DNA of 64,000 bases from Orbicella franksi (taxonomy: Eukaryota): assembly GCA_964199315.1 (NCBI GenBank), contig OZ116706.1:27218001-27282000 (forward strand). Reading direction: 5' to 3'. A model generated the notes under the pieces. It saw nothing but the letters and a program-made list of their open reading frames with translations, searched no databases and was not told the origin of the DNA. A program made the translations under genes and the position numbers. This document shows, piece after piece, positions 24,401 to 39,476 of the stretch (positions within the stretch are counted from its first letter, which is position 1; every line of letters starts with the position of its first letter).

Positions 24401-25051
24401 GACTCATGTCAGTTCTGGCAAGCCGATAAACAAGCCACAAATCGCCAAGTTTCCAATTATAATTTTTTTCACAACGGAAAATCCGTCTGTGGATAAGATA
24501 CACCTTAAGGCAACTAATTAAATTTTGTTTTTCGTTTGCCAAAGACAAAACCATAATATAAGGGTTGTGGTTAATATCATTAGTATTCTTTTTATATCGT
24601 ATCAGCTCATAACATTCTCGACTTATTTACAGCGAAAACACTTCTCACTATAAAATGATCCGATTAACTGATTACGTGAAGTTATTTTGTCGCTGGATAC
24701 TGTTCGTGCAAAGCACGGACAGTTTGTACACTAAATACTCCACGCAAAGTCGTAGAATGCAATCTAGAGACTGACAATTACAGAATTCAAAATATCGGTC
24801 TTAATTAACGTTGGCTTCAAACTCGCTCTCAGACATGTATTTGTTTCGACCCTTGTGGGAGGGCTATTTAGCCACGCTGGTCTTGACATACTGTGTAATT
24901 ATATAAAGATGTTATTTGCCAAAAAGAAAAAATCCTGTCTGCCTTCTCCGCCTTATAGCTCCTCTTAAACTGTAAACTGGCATAGCAAAACTCCTTAAAA
25001 ATTAATATTGAAGAATAACTGAACAACCCCTCTACCAAGCCCAACCAGTTA

Positions 25052-25233
25052 CAGTGAAAATGAAACCCTCTATAACATGGTCTAACAAAGCGTATTCTTC
25101 AGCCCTTGCACAGTTTCTCTGTTCTCTAACAGTGCAATGATCGGAACAGAACTCCGCCATTAAGGGCCCCCGTTACAGCGATCACATTCAGTCCCAATCT
25201 CTTGTAATTGACACTCTTCGTTATATCAGGGTT
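25052..25233. mobile_element. Degenerate Tc1/mariner(pogo/Tigger)-like MITE
   Basis: TA|CAGTG...ACCCTCTATAAC left end and TTCGTTATATCAGGGTT inverted counterpart. Confidence 0.45.
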
Positions 25234-28200
25234 AAAATTCAACTATCTTCATATATGTTCAGGACTGTACCACACTGTTACGACTTAGGCGAACAGTCGG
25301 ATCAAGGAAAGACATCGTTAGTCAAAAATATTCGCTTATGAAAGCAGACGAAACTCCAGATAACAAATATTCCTGTTGGATGTTAATCGAGTTGGGGTTT
25401 GACTAAAAAGCTAATTGTCTCGGCTGAGTCGAAAGTTGTCTTTCCTAATTCCGATGTTATATTGCGAAATGCCACCAAGTATTCAAGTAAATCAGATATA
25501 ACCTGAAAAGAATTTACCGAGCAGAAAAGAATATGTATTTTGATATGAAGGTACAGGAATATATGATGATAGAAGTGGACTTACAGTTCAGAGATGTCAA
25601 TTTGTGACAGGATGTAAAGAAATCCAAATTGACATTCTGGTGAAATTTTGTATCTACCACTCGTTGTTTTTTCACTTTATTTAAAGTTTCTTTGCTATCA
25701 CCTCTTTTGGCTTTATTGTTTTCTTTCTATTGTAAGTTTTATAGCAAGCTGGGAGCCATATATAGTTATTAAAACGCAATGTTTCATTGGACCATCAACC
25801 GGGGCACCTCTCAGTAGTGTGGTGCACTAAAGGTTCCTTCGGCGCAGTTCCAAGCGATGATTAAACGAAATTTTGTGTTATTGATGATGGCAATTTGTTT
25901 TGGATTGTCACTGCAGCAGACAATAGCTTTTAGTGTTTTTCAATTTGGATTATATTACCAAAAAAACAGGGGATTTATCAACACTGGAAACTAAATACTT
26001 TTGTCAGTAACTTAGAACTAGTTTATCACAACTATGCAAATGATATTCTGAACTGCGCTGTGATCTTGAGCAATTTGTTTTGTTATTATTGGCTGTGAAG
26101 TGTGAACTCTTTTGTTTCAAGTTTATCTCCGTTATTTACACTCCATTAACACTCCACCGAGCTGATTAGATTGCAAGGTAAAGGCTAGGTCAGGGTTACA
26201 GGTAAAGCGTAACAGTGGAAATTCACTGTGGCACGTTTCTTCACGTTGATCCAGCTGGAAAACATCTATTATTGTCTGCAACGGTCTGCATTCTTCTCCT
26301 GGGAAAACCAAGATAAAACCAAGGTAAGTGATTTCCCTTAGTTGTGATGGAAATGAAAGACGTAGTTATAGAAGAAGAGCTTATTATAGATTAAGAAATT
26401 TAAGAACGCAGTTCAACTTTTGTTTGGGTTTAACTTGCAAACGAACTAAAAATTATGAACGTTTTAAAAGAACGAACGAAGATGATGGTTTCAAGACAAA
26501 GGAAGAACGGATATTTATAACTAGTGGCATATTGGAAATTTATCAGCATCAAAAGTATAAAAATATCCCAAATGCAATCGATCCAGCAAACAGAACCTTT
26601 CGTAATTACTTGAAAACATTTGAATACTGTCTGCCGCTTTTAAAGTCTGACGAGATAAAAAAAACTCGACACAGCTCACAGAGAAACCAAACAGTGTAGT
26701 CTGTTCTTAAAGTGCAAATCTTTTGTGCCAAAGAAAGTCACTTCATGGCTGGATGCGAGAGATTGTCTCCTTATCAGTGCAAAGTGGTGGTGGAAAGCGC
26801 AGAACTGACAGCGTCTCGACTGCATATGGGTGGGTGTTAGGGGCGTGGCCAGGTTTTTGAAATGTTGTAGGCCTGGCTAGCTGACCCGCATTCAAGGCGG
26901 AGTTTGGGGCTATGCTCCCCGAGACATTTTACAGACAGGCAACTTCGCAAATGGTTTCTCTTTCTCACTTTTATGTGTATTTCGAAAACACGTAAATTCA
27001 GTAACCAACACAGAATGGACCGATTTTCTCATTGCTAAATAAATGCACTTGTCCTTGACGGTACATTGACCGACCCATGCATGGGTTCCCTGTGATCTGG
27101 CCAGCTTACAAGACTCTAGAGTTTTCACTTTCGTCAGATGAGCGTTGATGCTATCGAGATATGGAATGATAATTAAGAGATTTGCAAAGGTGAAAGACAC
27201 TTGCCTCTATTTCTAAACAGACCTTAAGGCTGCTTCAGCCGCTTTGAAAATTCTACAAAACACTAGTGGGAAAATAAAATTTGCAAACCCGCTCCTATGG
27301 ACCTACAGGCTAGATACACCCTTAAAAGTGGTATCACTAATCATGTTAGGTTTCATTAAATTTTGATTGCGCCTGTTATATAGTTAGTCTAAACACCCGG
27401 ACGAGAATGCGACTAGAATTGTTTTATCCTTTGTACCAGAGAGTATAACAAAAGTTGCTAGCAACATTTCAGCTTCGATGCCTTCCAAGGTTGCAGTCAT
27501 AAATTAAGAGGCCTTTCTTCTGTTCTTCATTCTGTGATGACTCTGTGATATATGTAGAAAAATAAATTTAGTTCAGTTCGATGACTTCTTTTAAAACTTA
27601 CCACGCTCTCAGCTAACCATTACATTTGCGAAGCATCTCGCTTTTTTCATTTGGGTAAAGAGAAACGGAAGGCCAATCAGATGAAATCGTTCGATCCACA
27701 ACAGGTCATTGCAAAGGTTAGACAGATTAAGTTTAAGGGATAAACCAATGTACAGACACGACAAGTACCTTAGTCTTTTCAATCTCTCACCAAGAGCCTC
27801 TCTTCTAAAGGAGCAAGGGACCCTGGGTACAACAGTTCTTTGTTTTTCTCTTTTGATGATCTTGTAACATAGAAATTACTCAGTAAAACCTTCTCTTAAC
27901 CTATTTTGATTCTCTGACCGACTGCAACCGTTACCTAACATGGGAGAAGCGCGAGAAAAAGATGCTGACAAGCGCGTTCCACTCACGCCCAGTCGTGCTC
28001 GTGTGTGGAACATGCAATTCGTTCTACTAAAACTCGGAAAGGCCGAAAACTTCGTGAATTGTTCAGGTTTACGAGAATAATCGACTGGATGCAACTATCA
28101 GTGTTATTGATGTTAACAAGTTCTCCAAATACAAATTCGACCAGGACTGAGAGGACCCACATCAAAACCAGCTAAAACCGATGTGGCTTCCTCTTTAAAC

Positions 28201-29009
28201 ATTGTAATTGTATTCAAACACAGTTCAAATGAAATGGTGAAAGCAAAAATCTCCGAAGCGGAGAATTTTGAGAATTTTCATTTATTCATTTATTACACTT
28301 TTGTTTTGGTAAACGATACTTCCCAGCCGATCTTAACTTCAATTCTTGAACCGCAGTTTCTTGATCTTTAATTTGTCTGGGGTCATTGTTGGTAACACGA
28401 CTAGCTGAGAAAAAAGACTGCTCTTTGAGGACATTGTCTACTCATGGGAAAAAAACATAAAGAATTATAATGCCTTGTTTTAAATTTAATTAAATATCTA
28501 GAAAAACCTCTACTTAGTACAAATCGCAAAGCTACCGTATGCCACGGAAAATTGTAAAATTCTTTAACAATTGGATCATGAACTAACCGAGTTCTGTTTA
28601 GGTATTTTATTTTTAGCACCGAAATTACGACCTTACGGGCAGAGATACGGAAATTTAACATTATCAGATAACGCATTTACAGAACGGAGATTGCACCATT
28701 CCATTGTTTACCCTGCCAAAAAAAACTCTGATGATCGTTATTACTTGGCAACGATCGTGTATACTTCCGCATATTGTGCTAACAAATGGTTCTTTTAAGA
28801 TTTGTTCATCACCGACTGTGTGAAGTTTTTATGTAAATGTCGGCATTTTTTTGTCTCGGTGTTTAGTGAGTATAGACTTATTTCGTCTTGAACTCGTTTT
28901 TGCCTTAAATTTGGTGTTCCACAGCCTGACTCGCTGTCACATGTGTTAACAGACTTGAGAATTTCGAGACGGAAAAACGGAAAAACAACATTAGTGCGGT
29001 CAATAAATC

Positions 29010-29282
29010 GACGTATTACAACTAGCTTAAACTGCGAATTACATCATGTTTGTCGTACACTAAACCACAACAATAGAAATAGTCCTCACAGTTTGGCATC
29101 CAACACTTTCGCATATTCCGACTAAGTCAGCAACTTTTGAACAAATTGACGTATTACATCTTGCTTAAACCGCGAATTACATCGTCTTTGTTGTGCACTA
29201 AGCCACGATAGAAATAGTCCTCACAGTTTGGCATCTATAAACACTTTCGCATATATATTCAACTGAGTCAGCAACTTTTGAA
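29010..29282. repeat. Two-copy tandem duplication, period 138 bp
   Basis: GACGTATTACA...GCTTAAAC.GCGAATTACATC...ATAGAAATAGTCCTCACAGTTTGGCATC...AACACTTTCGCATAT...AGTCAGCAACTTTTGAA at 29010 and 29148. Confidence 0.92.
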
Positions 29283-32200
29283 TATCGTTAAGGAAGTTCA
29301 TAGCTTCATAGCTTAGTGTTGAGAAATACAGCGCTGATTACGGAAGAAAAACAAACTATGGTAAGTTTCAAACGGTTGACATCACGGTGATCGAATAGAT
29401 GAGGTCACGGCTATGATTAACATCGGCTTTCTCCTGACAAATCAAGCTATTTTTAAGCGGATAGGTGGTGAGAATTAAGAGAATCATTGGCAAAAGAAAC
29501 AATGTCTTGATTTCCGCCAAATTCTCAGTTGTATCGATAAAAGAATTGTAGAGCATTCAGTATAGGCAAGAGAAAATAGTTACTAAGATTTTGATTTTGG
29601 GATTAATTAAACAGATAGTCATATTAGCATTCACCTTTCGTTGAATGCAGTACATTGTATTCAAGGCTCGCAAGTTGGACCGACCCAGCAGGTAATGAGG
29701 GAGGGCTGGGTGGAAAATATTTTGTTCATTTTCACACTGAATAAAAACTGAAATATTTGTTGAAAAAATTCTTAGCATTTTTCCTTTGCTGTCGTCGTTG
29801 AGATATACTATGTAAGAAATTACATTTCTTTGCCAGTAAGGCTTTCAATATTGATCTGCAACTGTAGACGAAACATCTCACTCCGACAACCAATCTCGGG
29901 CCAGTTGTAACCAAAAGAGCTTCGCTGAAAACACTTCACGAAACCAGTTTTACGACCCTGTACCTGTTGGGACAGAAAATATTACTGTAGTCGATACCTC
30001 GAAAGGGATAATCCGATTTCGGAACGGACATTGTTGTTTGTCTGACCTCTAAGCATGCTAATAGGTCATTTGATTTTCAATCAAGTTCGTTGAAAAACAC
30101 GTCGATCTACTGGAACGAGCATAGAACAGGCAAGAAAAAAACGTTTAAATTCTAAAACTGCCCAACTGACCATCATCGCGAGAGGTAGATTTTTATCAAG
30201 CTTTCAACAGTGACAAATCAGTTTTAGCTAATGCTAGCGATTGAGAGTTTGAAATAGTGATAGCCATATACCTCTTTTCTAATTGGCGGAAGCGCTCTCA
30301 GGGGTATCTGGAGTTATTCCTAAATTGCAGATTTAGTTACGGCTGGATTGGGACACACCAGCCTGGGAGAGTTTTGGATTCTTTCTTTCGAAATTCTCCG
30401 TCAGCTGAAGCCTGGTTGTTCGTAGCTGCTAGTAGAGATTTGCAACAAACGCTCGGAGGAATTTATAAAAGGGTAAGAGCATTTAATCCATGGCTTGCAT
30501 AAAAGTAATCACAAATCAGGGATTCGGCGTTAGACTTACGATTTTGTGAGTACCAAGTCTGGGAAAATGTACCAAAAAAGAATTTCATACCACGATTACT
30601 AAATCTCGCAGCAACCACAACAAGCATCAAATGATCTTACTGTAAATAATTTAAGCTGCTGTTTTATGGTGAATGAATGACTATCAGTGTGGGTTTTGGT
30701 GATAAACATTTTTTTAAGACGTAATTTTTCGTGCCATAAGGAAAATCATCTAAGCTCCGGAGGCTGTACTCGTTACATATCACTTGGCTTGCATTCCTTT
30801 GTTCTGTTCCTCTGATTTTTAGAGCTTATGTTGTGTGAAAAACTCTTAACAGAAACTTGCGCAAATTACTGCCTGACAATCTCAATTTTCATCTAAACAA
30901 GTACTTACACTCATATCTTTTGCTCGTCGATGTGTTACATACGTATTGAAAGATGATTTGTATAGCCTAAATTCCCAAGAAAAGCATATCCTTTTTTTAA
31001 TTTGACTTACAGTCCAAAAAACGTTTGAGTGCCGCTAACTGCACTGCTGCATACCGTTCCCGTCGCAGAGCGCATTTTTAATTCAAGATTCTCGTGGTTT
31101 CCAAAGTAAATCAACTGTGACTAATTCGCATTCGGATCTGAAATAGTTACATGCAAGATTCATTTTGGATAAAAATGCAATCATATTTGTTCCGGGACTT
31201 GTTAGGACTAATGAGACTCCCAGCCTTTTTACCACTACTACTGCTGTCCATATGCCTTCATATTTGAATTTTCCATATAGGTATCTCCAACTTGTAGTTA
31301 TTGCCACCTTTCTAAAAACGTTCGAGTCAGCTTTTGGCTCTTGGAACCTTTTCTCTACAGTAGAGCTATAAACTTGTCGTAATATCAGTGGATATCGTCA
31401 ATTATCACAGTATGACTCCTATTGATATTAAAAGGCTCGATTGTTTCCCAAATGTTGGTGTCTAACTTATTAATTAAGGCACTTGTAAACAATGTTTGAA
31501 CCATTCAGTGTGCATCTTGGCCTTTCTTAAGCGAGCGTAACCTCCCGAGTTATCCTCCCTCCTATCCAACTGATTCGAATCGAAACTTAGCAGCGACACA
31601 CGACACTCGCTGGTTGGACAGTTTACTCCAGATCTATAAATGCGTTAATTGCTCTTTCGTGAGTCTATGACGAGTCCACGAACGTCTGTACAGCGAACAA
31701 AAAAATCATCGAATGCGCAAAGCTGTAAAAATCGTTATTTGACGAAATTCAAACCAAATATTTGCTTTGAATATATACTGCTTCGTTCCACCCTGCTGAT
31801 GGCTATGAGTTGTAATCGAGGGATATGTATTCGAGTGTACTCTTGTTCGTTAGACTACGAAATTGAGAATGGAACAAAACAAACGTACAAGTGCATGACC
31901 GCTTTTGTGAGCGGACACGCAAAATGGGGTCAAAAGGTACAAGCTAGTTCAGACTCTCTGAAATCTGTGTATTCAGCGGACAGCAGGTTACAGTTGTTAC
32001 CTGAAAAGACAGTTTACTTAATCGTAGAACTAAAATGTTAAACTTATGCTATTTGGTGATCTCGGGTGACATTTGTCCTCTTAGACTTAACAAGTGACGG
32101 AACAAATTGTCTTCTCCACCGGGTGGACACTTTCTGTTAAGCCTATTTTTTTTACCCGTCGGCGCCTGTTTATGTTTATAAATTTTTTGGCAGGTTTATG

Positions 32201-35200
32201 GTATGTTATCCGAAGGCAGGGAAGGAATAAAAAACTCGACTGTTTGACACAGTTCTAGGCGTATTTTACCTAACACTGATTTCAAAGCACTGTTCAGTTA
32301 TCATCATTGAGAGCTCGCTGATACAAATATATGTTTCTAAACAATGTTAAGTTCATCAGTGCCATAGTTTTTTCAGTCAGCTAAACTTAGTACTGTAGCG
32401 CAGAGCTGACTTCCACTAAGACTTCCATCAGTAAGCTAAGAAGGACAAGGAAATGACTCGCCGGAAAACATTGCGAGCAGTCTTTTACTGATTTAAATAG
32501 ATCGGCTGTGCTTAGTTTTACTTGTTAAACATCATGGGTTTATTACATCTTCATGGCTCGATGGTTCGAAATCACCGAGCTTCCTGCGTCTGATGCAGTC
32601 CACAAAAATATCAGTGAAGTATGCGAAAACGCTAGAAGAGAAAACACAGCGATCTATATGAAGCCAAAATGCAATAATTAGATAGTCTGGGCGGCAGCCA
32701 AAAGAGAGTGAGAAACTGCAACGGCGAAGGAAGAGACGAGGAACCAAAATAGCCTTTACTTGCAACGGATATTATAGTTTGTTCTCTGTGCGTGAAGCTT
32801 CATTTTGAGTTTATACGTTCAAATCTTTAAGCATAAACTATTTCGCAGTATGAGTATAGAGTCTCCCGAGATAAAAACAAAGCATTCCAACACGAACGAA
32901 ACCAAAGTGAGGGAAACAAATCAAGATAAGGTTGATCAAAACAAAAAAGTCGTGGGATATTTTCTTTGTTATGTGATTTGTAATTAAGAAAAATTGCTGG
33001 CCTTAGCAGTTAAAAGAATCCGTTTTGACCTGGACTGATTTTATTTGTTTCATTCAAAAACGGAGAGTTATTTCTACAGCGACGGAAACAAAATGGCCAA
33101 CGTGTAATGTACTCGAAAGGAAGTCGTGAAATCATTTATGTTTTCTTTTCTTCTGACATGTGTGGGTTTGTTCTGTGTGGCTTAGCTAGCATTTCGACTT
33201 ACTCGTTACCATAGCAGTATATTCAAGCTTTGATCGAGAATCCTTCCATCTGTGTTAGCCAAAATCCACAACAAAGGCAACAAAATGACGGCACTACATC
33301 TGGTATAAGGGATCTCTTGAAGTCTTCCGTGTTTTCTCAAATGTAATGTGGTTTAGTTTGCTTTGTTTAATCACCGTTTAAGACAGTTGTCTATTAGAAA
33401 TGGCTGTGTTTTCATCTTAGGTTTTAAACAAAGCAATTCGCAATGTTAAGTTGTGTTTTTTTGTTGGGTGGTCCAAATTAGATTGTAAAAAAGAGAGGTT
33501 AATTTTCTTCTCCAATATATCCGAAAGTACTGCCGGCTAAGCGGAGCACTTTGTCTACAAAGAGCTAAGAATATGAAAATAGCTACATTCATGTTGCTTT
33601 TCCTCCATATGTCCTATTTTAATATGTCGCATGATAACTTTATTATTGCTTTGCAATAGTCATTTATTAGATTCGTTTCAGTTTCTTTATGTGGAAGCTA
33701 CAGCTCCATGTTGTTCTTCACTGTGTCAATTTCTTTGCATTTCTTTATTCGGCGGTTTGAAAAATTGTTTAAAAAATGAGCTAACTTTCAGAAATCTTTT
33801 GCCACACCCTATACAGTTTCTCAACCATTTTAAACTGTTTTCAAGTAATTTCTCAGGCCCTTGATTCTGTGCCCCCCGCTAAACCCAGCCGGCTTGTTAT
33901 CGGTATTGCCAAGGCAGAAAACCATTGAGATAAATCGTTATAACATTGTATTTAACGTGACCTTTGCACACACGAGCAGTTATCAAACGGTGCACGTTTG
34001 GTATATTATTCTATTCAGGGAAAAGAGGCTATTTTGGTAGTTCAGCCTATCAAGGGACATTAAGAGAAGCGTGATCTTGTTAACTGCAAACCTGTGTTCC
34101 GCAGCACTTAATGTCGTGATTGGAGCTGCGTCGATAGAGATCAGATTATCATCTGCCAATGAGCTTCTTATGCCCATAAAAATATTGAACATAAAGATAT
34201 CGCATAAATAGACAACAAAGTACTTAAGATTTTGTTACATATAACTGCAGTGCTCAGTTCCGGAGTATAGGTCTTTCAAATTAAGAGGATTTATCGCTTT
34301 GAACATGCTATCAAAGGTTTCCGCCCTTTAGGGACAGGTTTCTAACTGTGGTCAGCATTTAGATCACGGCCGGGATAACGGAGAAAACTGCTAAAAACGA
34401 GTTTACCTCAAACTGAGAGATTAATGCTCCTTGCTGGTAACTGGCCTTGCATTTGGTAAGTTCGTGATACTCAATAAGCAGTATAACTTTATTTTAACAG
34501 TGAAGTTCATCCTCTGGACTTATATTTTCACCTTGCTTCTTCTTGCCAATTCAAGCTGCACACCGCACATGGCCTCTGGGAAGCTTTCAAAAGTTTAAAG
34601 TTAGTTACGATAATTTTTTGATACATCAAGGCAATACGATTGATTATTTACTGCATTCTCGTTACTATTCCATTTCATCAAGTATTGGCATTGTAAGGAG
34701 AAGTAGGATGACGATTACACCTGGAAGGAAGAGTTAAACATTTTTGGCCGACTACCGCCAATGAAAGCACACGTTGCCCTGAGTGGGCTAAATCGGTTTA
34801 GAATCTTCTTGAACAGATCACCGAATGACTCAATTGAAAGAGGATCCGCCCTCGCCTTTATGCGATTAGCCGGAAACAAGCAAACAAGCAAAAAACATGT
34901 TATTTGGGTTTGATACAGTAGTAAGGCTTATCAACGCGACAAAGCATTAAATGCCGTTTGCAAGAAAATGCCAGTCGCGGTCGAGATTATTATTTCATAG
35001 GCTGGTTGGCGTTAGCCGTCCTGTTCGAGTGATGCGATTAGTTTTTCCGCAGGATATGGCAAGTTATGAATTCAACGGTGTCATTATATAAATAATCGAC
35101 TTAGTAAAGCTACAAAATTATATCGCGCGCACGGCTTCCACTTAGTTCGCCGTGAACCGGGCTCTTCCAGGTACTAAACTGAACAGGGGTCTCTGTAGAG

Positions 35201-38200
35201 ATAGATGCCGATCAAAATTGCTCGGCTCATACGGCTTACACTGACAAACCATGACTAGCTATTACTACTGAATCCTTCAATTTGCAAGTATTTCTCTCCT
35301 TCACTGGTATGTACCTTTTTCAACTGTTTAATCGCATACGGCAATATTGTACGTTTTGCAAGGTGTCAATGTAGGTTTCATGAGGCACAGCAGTCAAACT
35401 CGGTGGAATTTTTATTACGTACATGTACCGTATTATTATTTTTTTTTTCAATGAATAAGAACTTAAATATGTGTTATTGAACCAGCGCGAGGTCCGTATT
35501 GAGGAAATATTGAGCGCGACTAAGGAGGACATCGATCGGAGCCAAGGAGTTTAAAGTTTCAGTCTTCTTTAGTCCAACTTATAGGCGCTGTCTCAGACCT
35601 CCCATTCTGATACCTAGACAAGAGCACGGCATTCAAATATCTCTAACAAACCATTTATAGGTGTTGTGGTTAGTTACATACATGGAAAAGAGGTTGCAAT
35701 GCATATAATAAAGAAATAGACTTTGGACTTGGAAAAGTTCATTTACATCGATACCAGAGCAATGAACGATTCATAGTATTTCATAGTTCTATCGTTACCA
35801 AGACCCAAGTTCATTTGACAAAGGAATTGAACTGGTCATTTTGTAGTTTGCAAACAACATGTACTGTTTTCATGTGAATGGCCACACAATAGGGTTTCGA
35901 CCAGACTTACAAGCTAGAACCACCTTCAAAAGCACAATGAACAGTACCACATGAAAGTGCTGCTCAAAAGCTTTAATTTGAGTGGTCTCACACTAGGGTT
36001 TCACCCAGACAGAAAGCCGTCATGATGTGTCTATGGTACAAAACCTGGTTGAGATTCCAGTCGAGATTCCTTTAATTCCAGTTTTAACAATATTAAGTAT
36101 AATGAAATGACAACTTGTGTAATAAGGAGGGGTCGATCCTTGAAGCCCCATGTCAGTGTTTGAATTTGTAATGTCACAGTGAAAATTAGTGAAAGTAAAA
36201 AGTTAAAAACTACTTTCACAAAAATGCTATAAATTGTCGTTGGTCCAAACAACAGCTTCCAAGGACAGAACCTTCAACTTCTTTCTCTTAGAATCTGCTT
36301 CGGCCCAGCAGTATTTTAACTTCCTACAGTAAGATATGCCAGATTATTGACTGGTGAGCTGGTAAATAGCTCATGTCTAACTGAATTTAGCACACCCATT
36401 AAGAGCCTCCTGCGTTAATACTGGGAGCCCCAATATTTACATCTTAGTGCCCTTAGGGCGCCCCCCTTGTTTTTAGCCCGTAGCTTTTGTACCCTTTGGG
36501 ACTGTCAGCTGACCTAGTGCCAAATAGTTAAATTCGATTACATCAATGCTGTTTTCGGCTTAGAGCCTGAGGTCCTGAAACCGGTTTCTGCTTCTAAATC
36601 TAACACGTTTTGGCAAGAATCCTGTCCAAGCTAGTATTACGTCTGGATTTGCAACTTTCGTCACGCTGACGTCATGTCGCCCCACTTTATTCCCTCCTTT
36701 ATATCCTGTGGTATATCACAATCAAAACAGAACTACTCGGTAGTTCAGTTATTTTGACCTGTACAGCAACCCGCGTCATTGAAGCATACGTTTCTGTGTT
36801 CTTAAGCTGAAGAGAGACACAACCAAGTTTTAGACACCTTCACAATTGGTTCCACACTGGACAAATCGACGATTGGTAAGTGAGAGAGCTACAGGGATGC
36901 TGTGAAGACAGATCATAAGGAGTTATTTGAGTAATTTGTTGGGTTGGGTCTTCTCCTACGTAGGTCAATTGATTATATAAGCTGCATGTATTTTACCAGC
37001 GTGGACAAATTGCACCAGTTTCCAAATAACAGTCGAAGCATCGATTCTTTTCAAATCCTAGTCAGGTTTGTTACATCAGAGATAGTGAAGTACCAAGTAC
37101 TCTTACAATGATTCCGGCTCTATTTGCAAACGAAATAGCGGGGGGAAGAGAGTGAAGAATGGGGAGACAAAAAGGTCTACGCATCTAGACACTTAGCGAA
37201 TTGCATTCAGTTGCTCTGCGTTCAAAAGAGTGGACACTTTAAGACCGCCCTGTACTGCCTCAAACAGTCAGCATAATTTATCACATGAAGGTGCATTCAA
37301 TATTAAACAGCTTATATTTGAATGGTCACACATTCGGGTGTCATCCATAGTTGTAACAGTTACAATCGCTGTTTTACTGTGACCTTGTGCAACATAACAC
37401 ACGTACTGTACAATAGCTTTCACTAGAATGTTCCACGGTTTCCCTGCAGAATTTCCCCGGCTGCACAGCGCGGTTAGACACCAACTGTGACCCTGTTAAC
37501 AGTAATTAATTTAATAGAGGGTCACTGTAGGATCTTCTTTTGGTAAGTTGCCACAGAGCTGTTGTCCTCTGTAGACATGTCGTAGAACGAAACCATTTCA
37601 ATTTAGCTTTCTTGAGCCTGGGGACTACCTTGCCTCGCAATGTTCCGTGTGTGCAGCACGGTTTGTTTACAGTACTCAAGCTTTAAAACTATTGTTCCCG
37701 AGCCCTCAGACGTCCGTCTGTTTCCTCTCTTTTGTCTCCTGGATGAAAATCAATGGTTTGATTGTAAAGAGGATTAGTGGTTTAATCTATGACGGACGTG
37801 AGCTCTGCTAAGCTAGCCTGAAATAACTTTATGACTTTGAAATGTTACTGTTGAAAGCTAGAAACAAACACAAAGAAACTCTGCCTGTTGCACCAGTTGA
37901 AGCTAAAGAACTCGATCAACTGAAACAGGTCACCTTACATGAATAAGACTTGAAAGTTAGCACACTGTTTGCAGTAATTCTCTTCAGATTTATTTGTTTT
38001 CCTTTTTCAGCATAACTTTTGGAATCTTTGCCAAAATAGGCTTTCAGGAAAGCTATTCAAAGTCGAAGAATGTGACAATCATTTCTGCCCTTCCAGAGCT
38101 AAGATTGAACTTTTAATTCTCTGCATCGATTGTTTACACAAACAGTTTCGTATTGCCCATTCTAAGAATCAACTGGAACAAAGGCAATATCCCTTAGTCG

Positions 38201-38945
38201 TAGTGTCCTGCGATTTTCCAAAAGGTGCATGATTGCACAAAAAGGATAGAGCAACAAAAGTCAAAACATTTAGCCATAGGTTGATTATTCATCTACGTAT
38301 TCTCTCCGCTATAATGTACTGAAAAATTTGTTGTTGATAATTCTCGGTAATTAGATGATTATCAGGCGATAGGTTCCTTTTCAACTGACCAGCTTTGCTT
38401 TTTGACTGGCAGCTGTCCTTGGCAATAAGTCTGAGGTAGCAAGTCACGTTCCTCGCAACTCCTACATTCTTTGTCTTGACTTCTCTTAAGATGCCTGTCA
38501 CGTTTCTAAGAGGGCGCTAAATCAAACAGCGGAAAGGGGTTGGGGGTTGGGGGGGGGGGGGGGGATGTGAGACAACTTTGTCCCCAAGACAAAGGAAAAA
38601 GTTCCCTGGAGATGAAGATTAAGGGGTCCTGGTTAGAGAAACCATGGTATACAAGAAGACAATTCCTGTAACGCGGCGATAAATATTTCACGGTCAGTTG
38701 AAACCGTACTTGTGGAATGGAAAGCTTGACTGGATTGCTATGCTAAGAAAGTGACTGAACTGTTTTTAATATTAGGGAATTTGGTCTGCGATTATCGTAT
38801 TAGAGGCTCCTTTCTGAAGAGGATAATCCCGTGAATCTGTTACATCAGAGTGATTTTAGGAAAGCTATCATAAAGCAACACCGGATCACGATATACATCA
38901 AAAACTCAACTGGACATTTCTTTTTCTTTTCACAGCTAGACCAAT

Positions 38946-39017
38946 AACGACGACGACGACAACAACAACAACTAGCTTTATTTGCATGACCATAAATACA
39001 TACAATGTTGCAAAAGC
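38946..39017 (-). mobile_element. 3' tail of a non-LTR retroelement (LINE/SINE) on the minus strand
   Basis: The minus strand reads ...TATTTATGGTCATGCAAATAAAGCTAG(TTG)n(TCG)n, i.e. AATAAA followed by a microsatellite tail. Confidence 0.55.
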
Positions 39018-39144
39018 TTTTGTAAACTAAAACTAAAATAGGAATGATTTTCGTGAAAAAATATAAAGGTCATGATACAGCAATCAAATTATCGCTTTGA
39101 TTTGAAAGAAAAAAATGCGCAAATCAAAGCAAGACGAAATGAAT

Positions 39145-39207
39145 TTTGCTAACTGAATATTAACATAATGATTTGGAGAAGTCATAAGTTCGCAGACGGC
39201 TTGTAAC
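39145..39207. repeat. Second copy of the ~60-bp dispersed repeat at 13160
   Basis: Same core sequence as the 13160 copy. Confidence 0.8.
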
Positions 39208-39476
39208 AACAAAGATTGATGGGGTCTTTACCTTTCAAAATTTTGAAGTTAAGCATATGGTTTCCAGCTTAGCTATATTTAGAGACAAAATGGCTTTTTT
39301 CCTACGAAGCGGAGGCGTTAAAATCATCAAACAAATTAACAAGCTTGCTGATAATTCTCTCATTGGTTATTACTGAATTGACAGCGGAAATGGCACTTAG
39401 AGCCATCGTCAAACCAATAACGAGTTCCAGACTGACGAAGGGGCCGTTCCTTCAACAATCCATGTACCGGCACCAA

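Noticed and set aside
26328-26699. 123-aa ORF (and the 130-aa ORF at 31649-32041)
   Set aside because: Non-ATG starts, no domain signature; lengths are compatible with chance.
38536-38564. G-run able to form a G-quadruplex (similar tracts near 22700, 46230 and 59455)
   Set aside because: Simple homopolymer tracts typical of repeat ends; no functional context.
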